Assembly: GCF_009914755.1 (NCBI RefSeq)
Contig: NC_060927.1
Direction: 5' to 3' (one strand)
DNA: 64,000 nucleotides
Origin: the human T2T-CHM13v2.0 reference genome, Homo sapiens
In this document: one piece after another, positions 36,067-50,615 of the stretch
Numbering within the stretch: the first letter of the stretch is position 1
Layout of the letters: every line of letters starts with the position of its first letter
Program-made: the position numbers and the translations under genes
The notes under the pieces: generated by a model
Seen by the model: only the letters and a program-made list of their open reading frames with translations
Database searches by the model: none
Told to the model about the DNA's origin: nothing

Positions 36067-39000
36067 GTAAAACTTTCTTCTAAATTATAAATTTTTATTT
36101 TTATCAATTTTTCTTTGCTTTTAAGTATTACTAACATTAAAAACTGGGCCATATAAGGACAGTTACTCATGACTCATGGTAAGCAGTGACAAATTAGAAT
36201 TATCTTGTTTTCTGTCTTTCTAATGAAAGCTTCGATGTAAAGAAAAAATTATTTGAAACTTTAATTAACTTACATTGTTCATGTATTTGTAAGATTTTGC
36301 AGTTCATCAAAATGTAACGTTCTTTCTCAAAGTCTATTTGAGATATTACATCTATCTAAAGTTTATCACTCATTCAACTCTCATGCATTTATCAGGTAGC
36401 TATTATGTGCAAGATACAGGGTAAGGATTTTTAAAAGTTAGAGAGTATAGTATAAAAAAACTTGTTTTCCAGTTCTTAGAAATTCAAACTGAAGTATTTA
36501 TAATTTCAACTCTTGATAAATATACTATGTATGCACACATATAAATTCAAAATCAGAAAATGGACCCCTAAAATGAGATATTTTGTTATGATATTCATGT
36601 TCCTTCAACTTTAAGAACCAAGGCTCTCCTTAGCTGGTTAAATGCAATTAATAGGTTAAAAACTGACTAGAACCATATCATATAAATGGTGGATAAAGTA
36701 TTGGAAAGGAGAAAACTGGGGACAAATAAAGATGGCCGAGGAAACAAATGTAAGGAAAATACTGCAGGGCAGCTGTGGAAGGTTGAAAGAGAGAGAAAAT
36801 GACAAAAAATTGGAAAAAATAGATATGCTAAAGATACTCAAAAATGAAACACTCTTTTAGAATACATTCTATTTAAATTCTATTTAAATCTCTGTATAGA
36901 CATACACATTTATAGACCCACACATGCACACACATACATGTACACATATGTATGTATGTGTATGTACATGTGTATATATACAATCTTCATTAAACATTTT
37001 ACTATAGCAGATATTATGTGATTTTTTAGGAGCAAAAATATCATTGTGATTTTCAAATTATTTTTCAGTAGCGGTAAAATAATCCTCTACTTCTGTGCAT
37101 GATTTAAAATCCCTATTTCTGGTCATTTCTTCAGGACACACCCAAGTGTGGCACCAAAGCCCTGCATAGGTCCCCAGAGAAACGTATTTTGCTGGCTTGG
37201 GAGACGCCATCCCAAGGTGTAATGGGAGTGCCACTATAGAAGAGCTGTATTATGACTTCCACTATATTTCAAGAGTTAAGATTGTGCTTTGTGCATGTGT
37301 ACCAGAATGCAGGCCTCTCCTTTCAATCATTCTGAGCACCAGGTAATCTCTGGTAACACTCCCTGTGGCTACTAAGCAGCTTGAAGTCCCAAATGACAAA
37401 GCTAGGAGAAATCCCATAATTTGTTAAAGGAATTGAATAGAAAAAATAGAATTGTTCAAAGTATGCATGTAAATTTCTATCCTGCAGAGCTCAGACAAGT
37501 GTCAGTTTGCCCCTACATTTCATGCAGTCCTCTATAAGAGTCTCAAGATGTGCTCCACTCTGTAATGAATAAAACACAGTTTTGCCTGGTAAGAAATGAT
37601 ATTAGTGGTCACTGAACGTTAGCATTGAAAGCCCACAAGTATAGCTCTTCTATTTAAAGAAACACTCATTGCTATTTTTCTGTAACTACCACAAACTCTG
37701 GAATAGAAAGAAAAAAAAAAGCTATATTACTGCAGTATAGACTGCCTTCAGAAGGAAATTGAAAGGGTTTAATGTCATTACAGAAGCAATTAGACTTACC
37801 ACTAATGAGACATCCTTATGAAATATTTACTCTACTTTCCCTAAAGAAATGATGAGAACTACTGGGGATTCCTAAACATGTCAAGAGTTATGTGGGAACT
37901 TCTAAATTATTTTGAAAATAGCTATTATCCAAATAGATTGAATTTGTCTAGAGGCAGTTCCCCTGGCAGAATTGATTTAGGAAACGGAGAATGTTTATTA
38001 GATGGTGTAAGCTAGTCAGAACTGACCTGAGGGGTTATAAGTACAAGATTAAGTTGAAGGAAAAACTAGCTTTCCATTATTGGTAAGAAAACAACATCCA
38101 AATCCAAAAGAAAAACAAAAAAAACAAAGTGATGGTCCAAATCAAGGATGTGACAAGTATTGCCCGAGAAACCCCTTCTGTATCTTGGCTCCCTATTCTT
38201 AGAGAACATAAAAGAAAAAAAAACAGTGTACTATTAATAGGGAGGTCTTCTTTATTTTATGCTGGTGCTCCTACATCTAATACACATTTTCCAATACAAC
38301 TCTTTATATTTTAGCATTGTTACATATTATCATTTTTGACCAAATATTTATATAAGTAAAACTGATTGTACTTCATACTCTACCTCCCTCAATTTTATTT
38401 TCATGGAGCAGCAATTTCACTTTTAAAGGTCTAGCTACTATAACCACTCTGTAGCTACAGAAGGTTTTTAAAGGTCCTTTGCAGTTCAATCTTTATCTTA
38501 AGATATGTTTTACAGAACAAGTTACATTTTGTTGTTCAAAAAAATAAGTATATATATTATTATTATAAATATGATGTAAATATATTATATTTTATTGATA
38601 CCTATTATTATTATAAATATAATAAAAATATATATAATAAAGTTACATTTAATTGTTCAAGAAATATAAGTCACTTGTAAATGTCAAGAAAAACAATGAA
38701 AGGAATAAAGGGTTTTTTCCAGTATAATAGCTGTCTACTTTCCGAGACATATTGCTAGGAAAAAGAATTTTCTGAATTCTTCAAGTATTTTGATTCTAGT
38801 GGGCTTGTACTTTGAAGTTGTATAGTTTAAAATTTCAGCATTATATATTTTAAATGTGCCATTTGATCATATCAAAGATATGATCGGTGTAACCTAACTT
38901 TAAAAAGTTACTGTGCCATACTCCATGAATCACATATTGTGGTTGATCTTCTAATAGTTTTTGGTCATGAAATAACATCCTAATTAACTGGGCATTATCA

Positions 39001-39352
39001 AATCTAAAAATTAGAAGTAGGTATCATAGTCTACAGTAGCACTGAAATCTGTGGCCCAATCTATACACCTTCCTGAAGTATAGTCCCTAGAAGTTTACAT
39101 ATGTTAAGCTCTGAAGATCCTGGATGGCAGAGAAAGTAGAGTTGAAGTAAATAATACAATTTCTAATTATGAGTAGATTTCAGAAAACTGCTGTCCAAAA
39201 TTTGGGTTTTAAAAATGACATGTGGATTTCAAAAATGATTTTTAAGTGTTTATGAATGCAATACACGAAAACTTATTTTATGTGTAACATTTGTAAAATA
39301 TAATAAGTATTACAAAACTTAGAATGAAATACAGGAATCTCTTGCCCCAACA

Positions 39353-39355
<3 letters not shown>

Positions 39356-39390
<35 letters not shown>
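39356..39390. repeat. (AC)17 microsatellite
   Basis: Read directly from the sequence. Confidence 0.95.
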
Positions 39391-39395
<5 letters not shown>

Positions 39396-40614
39396 TTCTC
39401 ATCATTTTACGTTCTGTTTTATCTAATTATTCTGGGATTTGTTTCCATATTTCTGAATATGTGCTTAATCTGCTATTTATTGATGTATCAATTTCATACA
39501 TTATTTGACTTCCTATTATAGAAGATGATGATTTGGCCCACTTATAGCTCCTTCCCCACCTTCTCACCTCCACTTTTCCTTCTTTTTCTCTTTTTAGTCT
39601 ATGAACTTTCAAAACATTGGTTATATTAATATTCAGAATTTGAGTTATTATAGTCATGTCAATATTATTGACTGTGAGTTGAATGTTATAGTATTATGAC
39701 CATATTTCTTTTCTGGTACTATTTTTGTTCTTCTTTGAATTAATAATAAACCCATTTTCCCATTTACTTATGCTTTCTATACCTGTCATGAATTCTTGAA
39801 ATCTCTAACAGAAACTATAAAATCTTCTATAATCATTTTTTTAGACTTTAGCTATTAAGTCCCCTTCACTACAGTCTTCCCTGAGGCTGCCTGATCTGAC
39901 TTGGTTAGACATTCCTTAGGTCAACACCGTAAACCTAATTCTGCTTTTGTCTTCCTTGTCTGGAATGCTGGATCTGCTGTTTTCTGCATCCTATGTTTGT
40001 TTCTTTCTTGGTTAACCCCTCTTTTCAGAAGGGGTTCTCAACTTCTTTCTGCTTGGCTGAAGCTTGGAGCACATTCTCAACCAAAATGCCTTCATTCTCT
40101 CCAGACCTTAGAGTTCTAGTTTAGAATTATACTTTAGTTAGGGAATTTGACTGAAATAATATTTTTGCTCAGAGTATTACAGTTGTGACTCTAACATCAT
40201 TTAGCATCTCATGATGCTCTTGAGAAGTCTACTGTGATTCTGATTCCTGTATCCTGTATCTTTGTATGTGATCAGTTTTCTTTTTCTTTTTCTTTTCTTC
40301 CCAAATGTTTGGTGGTCTCTTTACCCCAGTTTTCTGAAATGGTTCAATACATTACCTTAGTTTGACACTCTTCTCTTTTCTGTGCTGTAAGTTGATGAGC
40401 AGTCTCAATCTGAAAACTCTCAAACAAAACAATTCAATGAAATGTTTAATTTTTTTAAATTTTTCTTTGTCAAACATGTTTTCATCAATTAGATTTTAAA
40501 CCTCCTTGGTTTTTCTTTTCTCTAATTCCTCCTTACTTATAGCATCCTGTTCTTGTTTCATGGGTATTATGACTTCTCTTGTAGCAGAGAGTGTTGTTTT
40601 TGTAATTTGAATTT

Positions 40615-41592
40615 TGTTTTATTTTTTTACCAGCTTTTATTAAGCCCCAGGTCCATGTGCAGGATGTGTAGGTTTGTTACCTAGGTAAACTTGTGCCATG
40701 GTGGTTTGCTGCACAGATTAACCTATCACCTAGGTATTAGGTCCCACATCCATTAGCTATTCTTTCTGATGCTCTCCCTCACCATGCCCTTTTGACAGGC
40801 TCCAGTGTGTGTTGTTCCCCTGATGTGTTCATATGTTACCATTGTTCAGCTCCCACTTATAAGTAAGAACACGCAGTGTTTGGTTTTCTGTTTCTGCAGT
40901 AGTTTGCTAAGGATAATGGCTTCCAGCTCCATCTGTGTCCCTGCAAAGGACATGATCTGATTCCTTTTTATGACTGCATAGTATTCCATGGTGTATTTGT
41001 ACCACATTTTCTTTATTCAGTCCATGATGGGCATTTGGGTTGATTCCATGTCTTTGCTATTGTGAATAGTGCTACAATGAACATACGTGTGCATATCTAT
41101 CTATAATAGAATGATTTATATTCCTTTGGGTATCTACCCCGTAATAGTAATGGTATTTCTGGTTCTAGATCCTTGAGGAATCACCACACTGTCTTCCACA
41201 ACAGTTGAACTAATTTACATTCCCACCAACTGTGTAAAAGCATTCCTATTTCTCTGCGACCTCACCAGCATCTGTTGTTACTTGACTTTTTAATAATTGC
41301 CATTCTGACTGGCATGAGATGGTATCTCACTGTGGTTTTGATTTGCATTTCTCTAATAATCAGTGATGTTGAACTTTTTTTCATATGTTTGTTAGCCACA
41401 GGAATGTCTTCTTTTGAGAAGTGTCTGTTCAGGCTCTTTGCCCACTTTTTAATGGGGTTGTTTGTTTTTTCTTGTAAATTTGTTTAAGTTCCTTGTACAT
41501 CTGGATATTAGACCTTTGTCAGATGCTTAGATTGCAAATATTTTCTCCCGTTGTGTAGGTTGTCCGTTCACTCTGATAGTTTCTTTTGCTGT
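40615..41592 (-). mobile_element. Older L1PA 3' fragment (L1PA10-13-like), ~1 kb
   Basis: catgtgcaggatgtgtaggtttgttac...ggtggtttgctgcacagat...gtattccatggtgta...tttgagaagtgtctgttc is the reverse L1 3' UTR and ORF2 end. Confidence 0.92.
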
Positions 41593-44500
41593 ATCACAGA
41601 ATTTTAATAACACTTTTTTTTAAGTAAAATTATCTTGTGATGCTTCTCTGCCTTTATTTCCTCTTAGTTTCTCTTCCCCACCATCCCCCACCACCATGGC
41701 TCCATACCACATTGTTCTTTGTCTTTTCGCTGGAAGCTTTTTTCAAATGGCACATGATCTATTGTTGTTAATTCATATTTAGTTGTTATTCTCCAAAAAG
41801 ATTACTGGAAACTCTGTGCCAACTGATTATTTTCACAGTACGATGTTCAGATTGAGAACTAACCATTTTGGGGAAGATGAGGACAGAGATTGGGGTTGAT
41901 GATACTGGTTTTCAGTCTTTGAATGAGAGATAATAGTTGATACCATGAGAGTAGTTGAGGTATTCAGAGATAACGCTATGAGAGAAGATCCTTAGGACCC
42001 ACACCTTAAGAAGTATCTGTATTTTATTAGTAGCATGTGGTATAAGAACATGAGGTGTTATTAAGATTGTTGTCGGCAATATAATCCTTTCTTGAGTATA
42101 TTTATTGAGCATCTGCTATGTCCCATGCCCTGTTTAAGTGCTTAAATACTAATGGTGGAATGAATAGGCAGAGCCCCTGCTCTCACCTGGACTCTTATAT
42201 CATGTTATCAGCAATAACATGAAATTTTGCCTCTAATATGTGGTGAGAGAGGCATTATTTTCCTCTGAGAACATTTATTTATATTTGTCTTTACTTCATA
42301 GGATGAATTTTCTCAGGCAAGGAAAGTTCTAGCCAAAAAGAAACTAATGCAGTCAGGATTTATTTAATCACATTCAGACAGCCTGATCATTATCATTCAG
42401 TCTTTTTCTGGAAGGGCATGACAATTCACATTCAATGACTATCAAACCCATCCTTACCTCATACATGCCCAGTTAAATAAAAGGAGACCTACCAGGGCCA
42501 TCTGACTTCCAATTTAATTGACACTACAGGGTGGCAGGTCTTTCTGGGTGAGCTGAAGTCAAGATAAGGTTTACAAGCAGTGGTTAACTCTAATGTCCTT
42601 TTATTACATAGCTTTGGTCTTACAGGACTTAAAGAACTCTACCTATGTAATTATTGCCATAACACTAATTTTATAATGTTAAGCGAAGTTTATTTTTAAA
42701 ATTTTATGGTCATTTGAGAAATAGCTGTTACCACACAGTGATTGACAATTTTAAAGCCATTTTCAATGACTGAATACAGTTAAAAAGAGAAATTTGTTTG
42801 CTGGGCACTTAATTTTTTCATGTAACTAAGTAACTTAAGAGATACTATGCAACCACATTTCAGATTTATGGTATTTTGTGTTAAATTGTATATTTGCTTT
42901 CTGAATATTTTTGACATAACTACAAGAGACTTGGCATTTGATTTTATTATAGCTGTATATAAAGTTGGATTTTTCCAAAACGCCATTTTGGAACTAAATT
43001 GACAGGGCTGACTACTTGAGAGCCATACTTTACAGAAACACACTGGCAAACAACACTACTGTCCCAAGAGAGATTAACCTTGTAAGCAAGTTATGCAGGT
43101 GATTCAAATCCTGTTAATCTCACATAAAAAAATGTTAATTGCATTGGCAAAGACATTGCCTCTGATCACTCTGCAGTTATATAATTAGAGATCAGCCCAT
43201 TCAGAGAGGCTCTGATCTAATTGATAAGCAGTCAGCAAACGACCCTTGAGATTTCTTCCCCGTTTTTCAATATGTGGTCAGACATAAGGTATTAACATGA
43301 AAAAATCAGTGACCTTGTTTTGACATGTTTTAAAATTAAGTTTGCTTGTTATTCAATAGTTTAAGATTTTCATGCATACTTATTTTAATTGTACAGAGCT
43401 CTAATTGTCCAAACTCTATGGAGCATTAATAGATATTGAGTGTGATCACTTATCAATGTATTGGATGGTTTTATTATCAACTTACTTTCTAATCCACCTA
43501 GCTTTTCATTTTTTTGGAGATGATTTTGAGTCAAAAGGGGAGACTCAAGTTACTTCCTTATAATTTTTAAAATTTGTGTCTGAAAGGGGCTTGGCTTTGT
43601 GTTTGGCTTATTGTAACGGTTGCCACTGCAGATCCAACGCATTTGAAATACATTTTTGGCCTGTACAACTTCTTTAGTCTTCATATTTATGTTTCTGATT
43701 CTCAGATTTTCTGGAAATAAAGTTGGTTAAGAAAAGTGGAAAATAGTTCTTACAAAAAATTTCTTCCATTTAAATAAATGTTAGGCAAACCTACAGTTTT
43801 TAACATAATGTTTTCTGTGGGTAATTATGAAAATTGCAAAGCAGAAGGTCAGTTTAGTATAATTAACAGAAAACAATTGGAATAATGAATAACACAGTTT
43901 AGAGATAATTGTTAGAAAGGGTGCTATGGAAATTCTCAGAATAATACTTTAAAATATGTGACCAAGCTCCAGTATCTCAGGAATTTCCCATGTCACATGT
44001 TGGACAGCACATCCTAATACCCAGGTATAAAACCCATGTTGATGTGTCATGTATGTGCAGGCGACTTTCATCTCATTTATTCTTTGCCTTTGTTTTGCTT
44101 TGATTTGTTTTTCTATCCATTGAATTACATTTTTCACCATGAGCCAATGTCAGACTTCCAAAAATTGTATACCACATATGCTCCTGTGGTTATCCAGTTG
44201 CTAAGCAACTGGACTCTGCTTGAGGGTAGCAGGGTAGAGAGAAGGTTCATTGTGAAGTCCTGCACCCCTGCTGAGTTCATTTGAACAGCAGCAGGGATCC
44301 TGTATCTTGATTCTTCTTGAAATTATAAATCAAGTGCCTCCACGTGTCTCCATATAAAACAATGAGGCTTAGAACAAGTACCATGACTAAAAAACCCTTA
44401 GGGATCCTAATGGTATCCCCTTGAGGAAGGGACAGCTTAGTTTTGAGACATCTCTGATGTAACGTTTGCCATTTGGATTAATTATATGTTGTGATTTTGT

Positions 44501-44891
44501 GACTGTTAGCATGTTAAGGAAAGCATACACAAACTTTGCCTGAAAATATAAGTATTTTAATGGAACTGGTCTCACATATTGTTTTTCAATTTATTTTATA
44601 CCCAGCATAATGTCATGAAAACTTTTCATGTTAGATAGGTAGATAGTTTTAATATTGCAATGACTTAACAGTTTTTCAATGTATAAGTTTGCTGCAATGT
44701 ATCCTAAAATCTCACATTTTCCAATATTGTCAGTTTTGCTGCAATTATCCTATGGACTTCTTAGTTTTGTTGCAGTTATCAATTATCGAAGCCACTGTTC
44801 TGCATTGTTATATTTTGCAGAGTGTCTGCAAGTAATGGTGGCTTTGGTTCTTCTTCAGGGCTCATATTTCCTTTTTCTTACTGATTTTTAA

Positions 44892-45236
<345 letters not shown>

Positions 45237-45569
45237 TGTATTTTACTTTTAAGAGAATTTTGGCATTTAATTTCTTGCAAAATATCTTCATCACGTTTAA
45301 AAAGTCTGTTTGATTCCTTCTTTATTTAGATGATTTGTAATTTGATAGCTATATCTACAGATTTGATCATATTTATCTTCATTTCTCTTCCTATTATATA
45401 AGTAACCTCCTTTATCTCATTGAAAATTTATTTGGCTTCAAGTAATATAAATCTGCCGAACAATGGCTTAGGCATAAGAGGTTCATTTTTCTCATTCTTA
45501 CCATTTCTATGATGAAAGGAGCTTACACACACAAACTCACACACACATGCCCACACTCACACACAATCC

Positions 45570-46075
45570 ATGTTTTACCTGCCAGTCTGTTTCAATTTGC
45601 TAAATGAAAAGTTGAGACATTTCCTTGAGTTTCCTTTTCACCCTATGCGTCTGACTGATCACCCAGTTTTGATCTCTCTTGTCTGTCCCCTTTTCGACAT
45701 CCTATGAACCATTGTGTCAGTTTAAGCTGAAATAATTTCTTACAAGAACGCTTTGACCTAATTCACGACTTTATGTTTCTCTTCTAATTTATCTTTCACA
45801 GACATACCAACACGACCTTTTTCATATGCTTATTCAACAAGTTGCTTACTTGCTTAAAGTCCTTCAATAGCTCTCTATCAACCTCAGGGCAGAGCTCACA
45901 GTCCTTGAGTGGTGAACAGGGCCTTCATGGTCTTATCACTCACTCTCTGTCTAGCTTTGTCTCTCACCACTTTCCCCAATGTAACTAACCTGCTCACTAT
46001 TCACCAGCTTGACCACTTAGTGAAAGCCTCTAGGAGTGGGTGCATTAACATGTGCTGAATGAGTCAGTGGATGAG
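45570..46075 (+). mobile_element. L2 3' fragment, degenerate
   Basis: tgcttaaagtccttcaatagctctc...agggccttcatggtct... ending acatgtgctgaatgagtcagtggatg. Confidence 0.55.
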
Positions 46076-48090
46076 AGAAAGACTTCTCTAGCTTGTTCAT
46101 CCCAGTGTCAGGATGTAGTATGCTACTCCCACTAAAATCAAAGGGAACAGGAAAGGTCTCCTCTTGATGAATCATTTTTCAATCTGGAGTAATATCAATA
46201 GTGTCTCAAACCTCTTTAACATTGGGTTAATGTAGTTTTTGGATGAATAGCTGCGCCTGATAGCACAGAAGAAGTCGATCCCGCTTCCTATGTGAATGAT
46301 TTATTTTTTACTATTAGCATTTGGGACCCTCATAAGGATATATTAATCCTATTGCCTATTTAACTACCAGAAATGATAGCTCAATACCAACTATGCCAGC
46401 CCCAAAATAGCTGTTTTGGGCACATAGTGTACAGAGTTGAAAAAAGTAACACTAAATTATTTTATCCGACATGTTGTCTACAGGGCACAATTTGCTGCTA
46501 ATTTATTCAGGGCGTCTAAAATCTTTAGATGCAACCGTGTTTTTCTTTAGTTTTTATGGATCGTTTGTCAATTCTGCATTTACAAAATTTTTCATGATGA
46601 AATTCTATTTGTCTTGTTTTATTGCTTGGGATTTTTGAGTCCCAGAGTACGGATACTCTAGCATATGCAGAAAATTTTGATCCCTACTGTCAAATTCTCT
46701 GGAGATATACAATAGTCTTCCTTCTAAATGCCAATGGTAGTTGGTTTTATTGCAATAAAATATTTATCTTGCAACTTACACATTTGTTTTATAAATATGG
46801 ATCTTGATTTAGTCAATAAAATCAAATACTCTTATTTATACTCTTAACATCTATTATTTGAAGTAATTTATTTTCTTTGAAGGTTTCCTGCCGAATACAT
46901 TTTAGTTTTTGTGCCACTGTATACAAAATTTTAAATTAGAAGGTTTGAAACTCAAGTTCTAAGTGGCTAAATATGTCCAGATGGCCAGAAAAATTGTGTC
47001 AGCTTCCTACAGATCTCATCTTTCTTTTCCTTGGCTTAGTTCTCTTTCTACCTCAGTAAGTAGCAATATTGAATTTGTTTGTGATTTGCAGATATGGGCT
47101 AATAAAATTTAAATGACAATTTTTCCAGTCTCAGACCATTATCCAAAAGGGAAGAAACTGGACAAGGAATGCCAATGTCTGGTGATACATAAAACTACTT
47201 TTTGATTTGTATCCTCAGAGGCTAAGAATCTTATGGATAGGAAAAGATTTTTATGGATACAGACTTATTTTTCTCTAGCCTTATGTAGAAGAGTGCTAGA
47301 ATACAATTTAACAGTGCCAAATACAGATTAATAAAAGAAGAAAGGATGAAAACAGTAAAACAGATTACTGAAGAAATAAAAAACATAAAATTAAGTAAAA
47401 AAAAATGGGTAGATATCTCAAACACTTAAGAGAAGACCATTGGAGAAAACCTCAAAAAATTGATAAATAAATAGTTTGCAACAATTAATAATGACAGTCT
47501 TTGTATTTAAGAAAAAAAATCAGGTAGACATCTTTCCATACATGAAGTTAAAATAATCATGGGAATATTGAGTCCTTATCAAATCATAGCTTAAGTGGGA
47601 AAATCTAGGTAATACATATGTGTGAAAGTACACATTTTTTGGTTTTCTCTAGCATTCTTGAGGAATATTAATATTTGTTTTTTAAATGTTTTTATCCCTT
47701 TCAACTTTTAGTTTTCCCACTTTGAACCCCGATAATAGATTATTGTAATCATTTTTAATCTCTCTTTTTCCTGTAGAATTCAGTGTTCTGATTTTTTATG
47801 ATAGGATCCACCTGATTTAGCTCAGGGATTCACTGAAAAATCAATTTAATATTTTTTTCCAAAGGTTGTATGGTCTTATGTGCAAACTGTAGCTATTCCT
47901 TTGTTCCAAAATATCTTATTTTATTGAATGACATTGGATTCACAAGGCCTTATTAAAACACAGCTGAGGTACAGAGTTAGGTACCTGTGTACCAAAAGTA
48001 AATTAGGTTTCCTTTGCTTTTTTCATAATGTACTTAAAGCATGCATAATAGTTTATCTCATTTTACCATTGTTTCATTTTTTTTTTCAAG

Positions 48091-48229
48091 AACGACCCAC
48101 ATTTCTCAGGAGGCCAATTAACCAGGTGGTACTGGAGGAAGAAGCTGTAGAATTTCGTTGTCAAGTCCAAGGAGATCCTCAACCAACTGTGAGGTGGAAA
48201 AAGGATGATGCAGACTTGCCAAGAGGAAG
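48091..48229 (+). CDS. ROBO2: ROBO2 internal coding exon (exon 5), N-terminal half of Ig-like domain 3; 139 nt, phase 1 to 2
   Basis: ttttttttttcaAG acceptor; donor AAG|GTAAGA. Translates (E)[45 protein letters not shown](R), in frame with exon 4. It is the real part of track ORF 47928..48233. Confidence 0.97.
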
Positions 48230-49141
48230 GTAAGACCAACATATGGATGGAAGATTGTTAGATAACCAATGAATAATTAGAAAATAAAAGGACAGCTACA
48301 ATGCCACCACCAAACACTCCTATGTCTTGGGGTACTTTCACTCATGTGATTTTTACATATGCAAGCCACATATTTACTGTTTGTATGTTAAAGTCCTCCA
48401 GGCTTTCAATGTCACTCTTTCAATGAGTATCTACATTAATGCTTGATTCTTCATTCCACCTCTTATCCCCAGATACCAAGGATTCCTGGGTGCCTTCTTT
48501 CCCCTGGACCCTTTGAGGTATACCATTCTGTTCCTGCAGAATGCCCCCTGCAGGCCTCCATCAATGACTGCCCGTTCCCATGCTTCATCCCCTCTGGATA
48601 CCCTTTGTCACCTCTGTGGCCCAAAGCATAACTAACAAAAGACTATTGCATGTGGCTGACTGTAAGTCCTGGAGTAAAGGAAAGGTCAGCATAACACTGA
48701 AATGGTAGCAAGTAGTTGGCATCATTTTTCACATAGGGGATTTCCAACACAGAGACCTTCTGTCACTTTCTTTTTTCCATCTCTTCATGGAGACCTTCTC
48801 TTCCATCTCCTTCTTATTGTTCTTATCACAAAACCCCCAAACCCAATCTCTCAAACTCTAACCTGTATTCAAAAATGCTTTTCATCATATATAAAAATAA
48901 TTTTGACTTGTTGTTATAGAAATTTCCTTAAGGCCTTGCCATTTAGAATGAAATAAGTAATTCAAGTGTTTTTTGTTGTTGTTGTTTTAACACAAGTAAT
49001 TTTATCTTTAAGATTTGTTATGCCTTCCTGCTAGTTCTACCTGCTGATATTATAACCATCATGCATTCTCCAATTACTGCCTGCATAAAATTGTACAGGC
49101 TGTGTTTTTCTAATTTTTCTTTTTTTTAAAAAAAATTTTTT

Positions 49142-49522
<381 letters not shown>

Positions 49523-50107
49523 TTATGTGCTTTCACTGCTATCAGTAATTTCCTAAATGTAAACATTCATTTCAAAATCTCAATTTTATAAATCCCTAGA
49601 TATGATTGGATACTTTACTTCAAAAGGCATGTCACTCATGGATTGAATAAACTGGATTCAAATGCATCAACCATTTATAATAGTTACTGAGAGGTTCTTT
49701 ACAATCTACAGGAATAAAACAAGTGAAAACATTAATTCAGTTAGTTTTTCAGCCTATGTAGTGGGGAAAGTCATCATTGTGTTTGTTTCATCATTTTAAT
49801 GCCAGACATCTGTCTTTAAAGGAATGGTATTAGTAGAAGAGGTTTGTAAATGTGAGGCTTTTCATGCCCTCTCATTGGAGAAGCAGGTTAGAAAACAAGG
49901 AGAGTTTACACTATTGAATTGTTACTGTCCATCCTCTATATATAGTCAGCAACTTTCTTCAAATTTGAGAGCATGTAGTGAATAATTTTAAAATATTAAT
50001 GTAAGGTGAAGAGATTAATTCTATAGTAAAATTTATCCTAGTGTAAACACAGGTTTATTTTAAATAACTGGGAGTATATGCCCTTGTGCATTGAAACTTT
50101 AAAAACC

Positions 50108-50615
50108 TTTAATTTTAGAATAATTTTGATTTATAGGAAAGTTACAAAAGTTAGTAACAGAGAGTTCCCATTTACACTACACCCAGTTTTCCTTATTGTT
50201 AATATCTTACATGACAATAAAACATTTGTTACAACTAATGAGCAAAGCTTGATAGGTAATAATTAAGTAAAGTGTATACATTATTTGGCTCTCCCAGGTT
50301 TTCATCATTGTCCTCTTTCTACTCCAAGTCCAGTTCAGGTAATTATTGGGTTGGGTATCATAGACTTCTGCATTTGTTCTCATATCTCTCCAGTCTCCTC
50401 CGTCCTGTTACAGGTCCTTAGTTTTTCTAGTTTTGTGACCTTAACAACCTTGAAGGGAAGTGCTGGCCAGGTATGCTATCGAATGTGCCCCAAACTTGGA
50501 TTAGCCGGATTAGACTGCGTTTATAGGTTTTTAAAAAGAATACCTTAGAAATGACATGCTCTTCTTAGCACATTGTATCAGGGGGCACATTATATCCATA
50601 TAACAGCACTGGCCA
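50108..50615 (-). mobile_element. Old L1M 3'-end fragment (L1MC-like)
   Basis: tttaattttagaataattttgatttataggaaagttacaaaag...gagagttccc...cacccagttttcc. Confidence 0.65.

Noticed and set aside
37145-37240. Short stems (cttggga/tcccaag; gtggcac/gtgccac) suggesting an ncRNA
   Set aside because: 7-bp stems are expected by chance in 64 kb; no snoRNA boxes, tRNA fold or pre-miRNA-length stem.
41275-41487. 70-aa hydrophobic ORF (also 6746..6955)
   Set aside because: Antisense translation of L1 3' sequence.
47928-48090. N-terminal part of ORF 47928..48233
   Set aside because: Intronic read-through upstream of the exon-5 acceptor; only 48091-48229 is ROBO2 coding.
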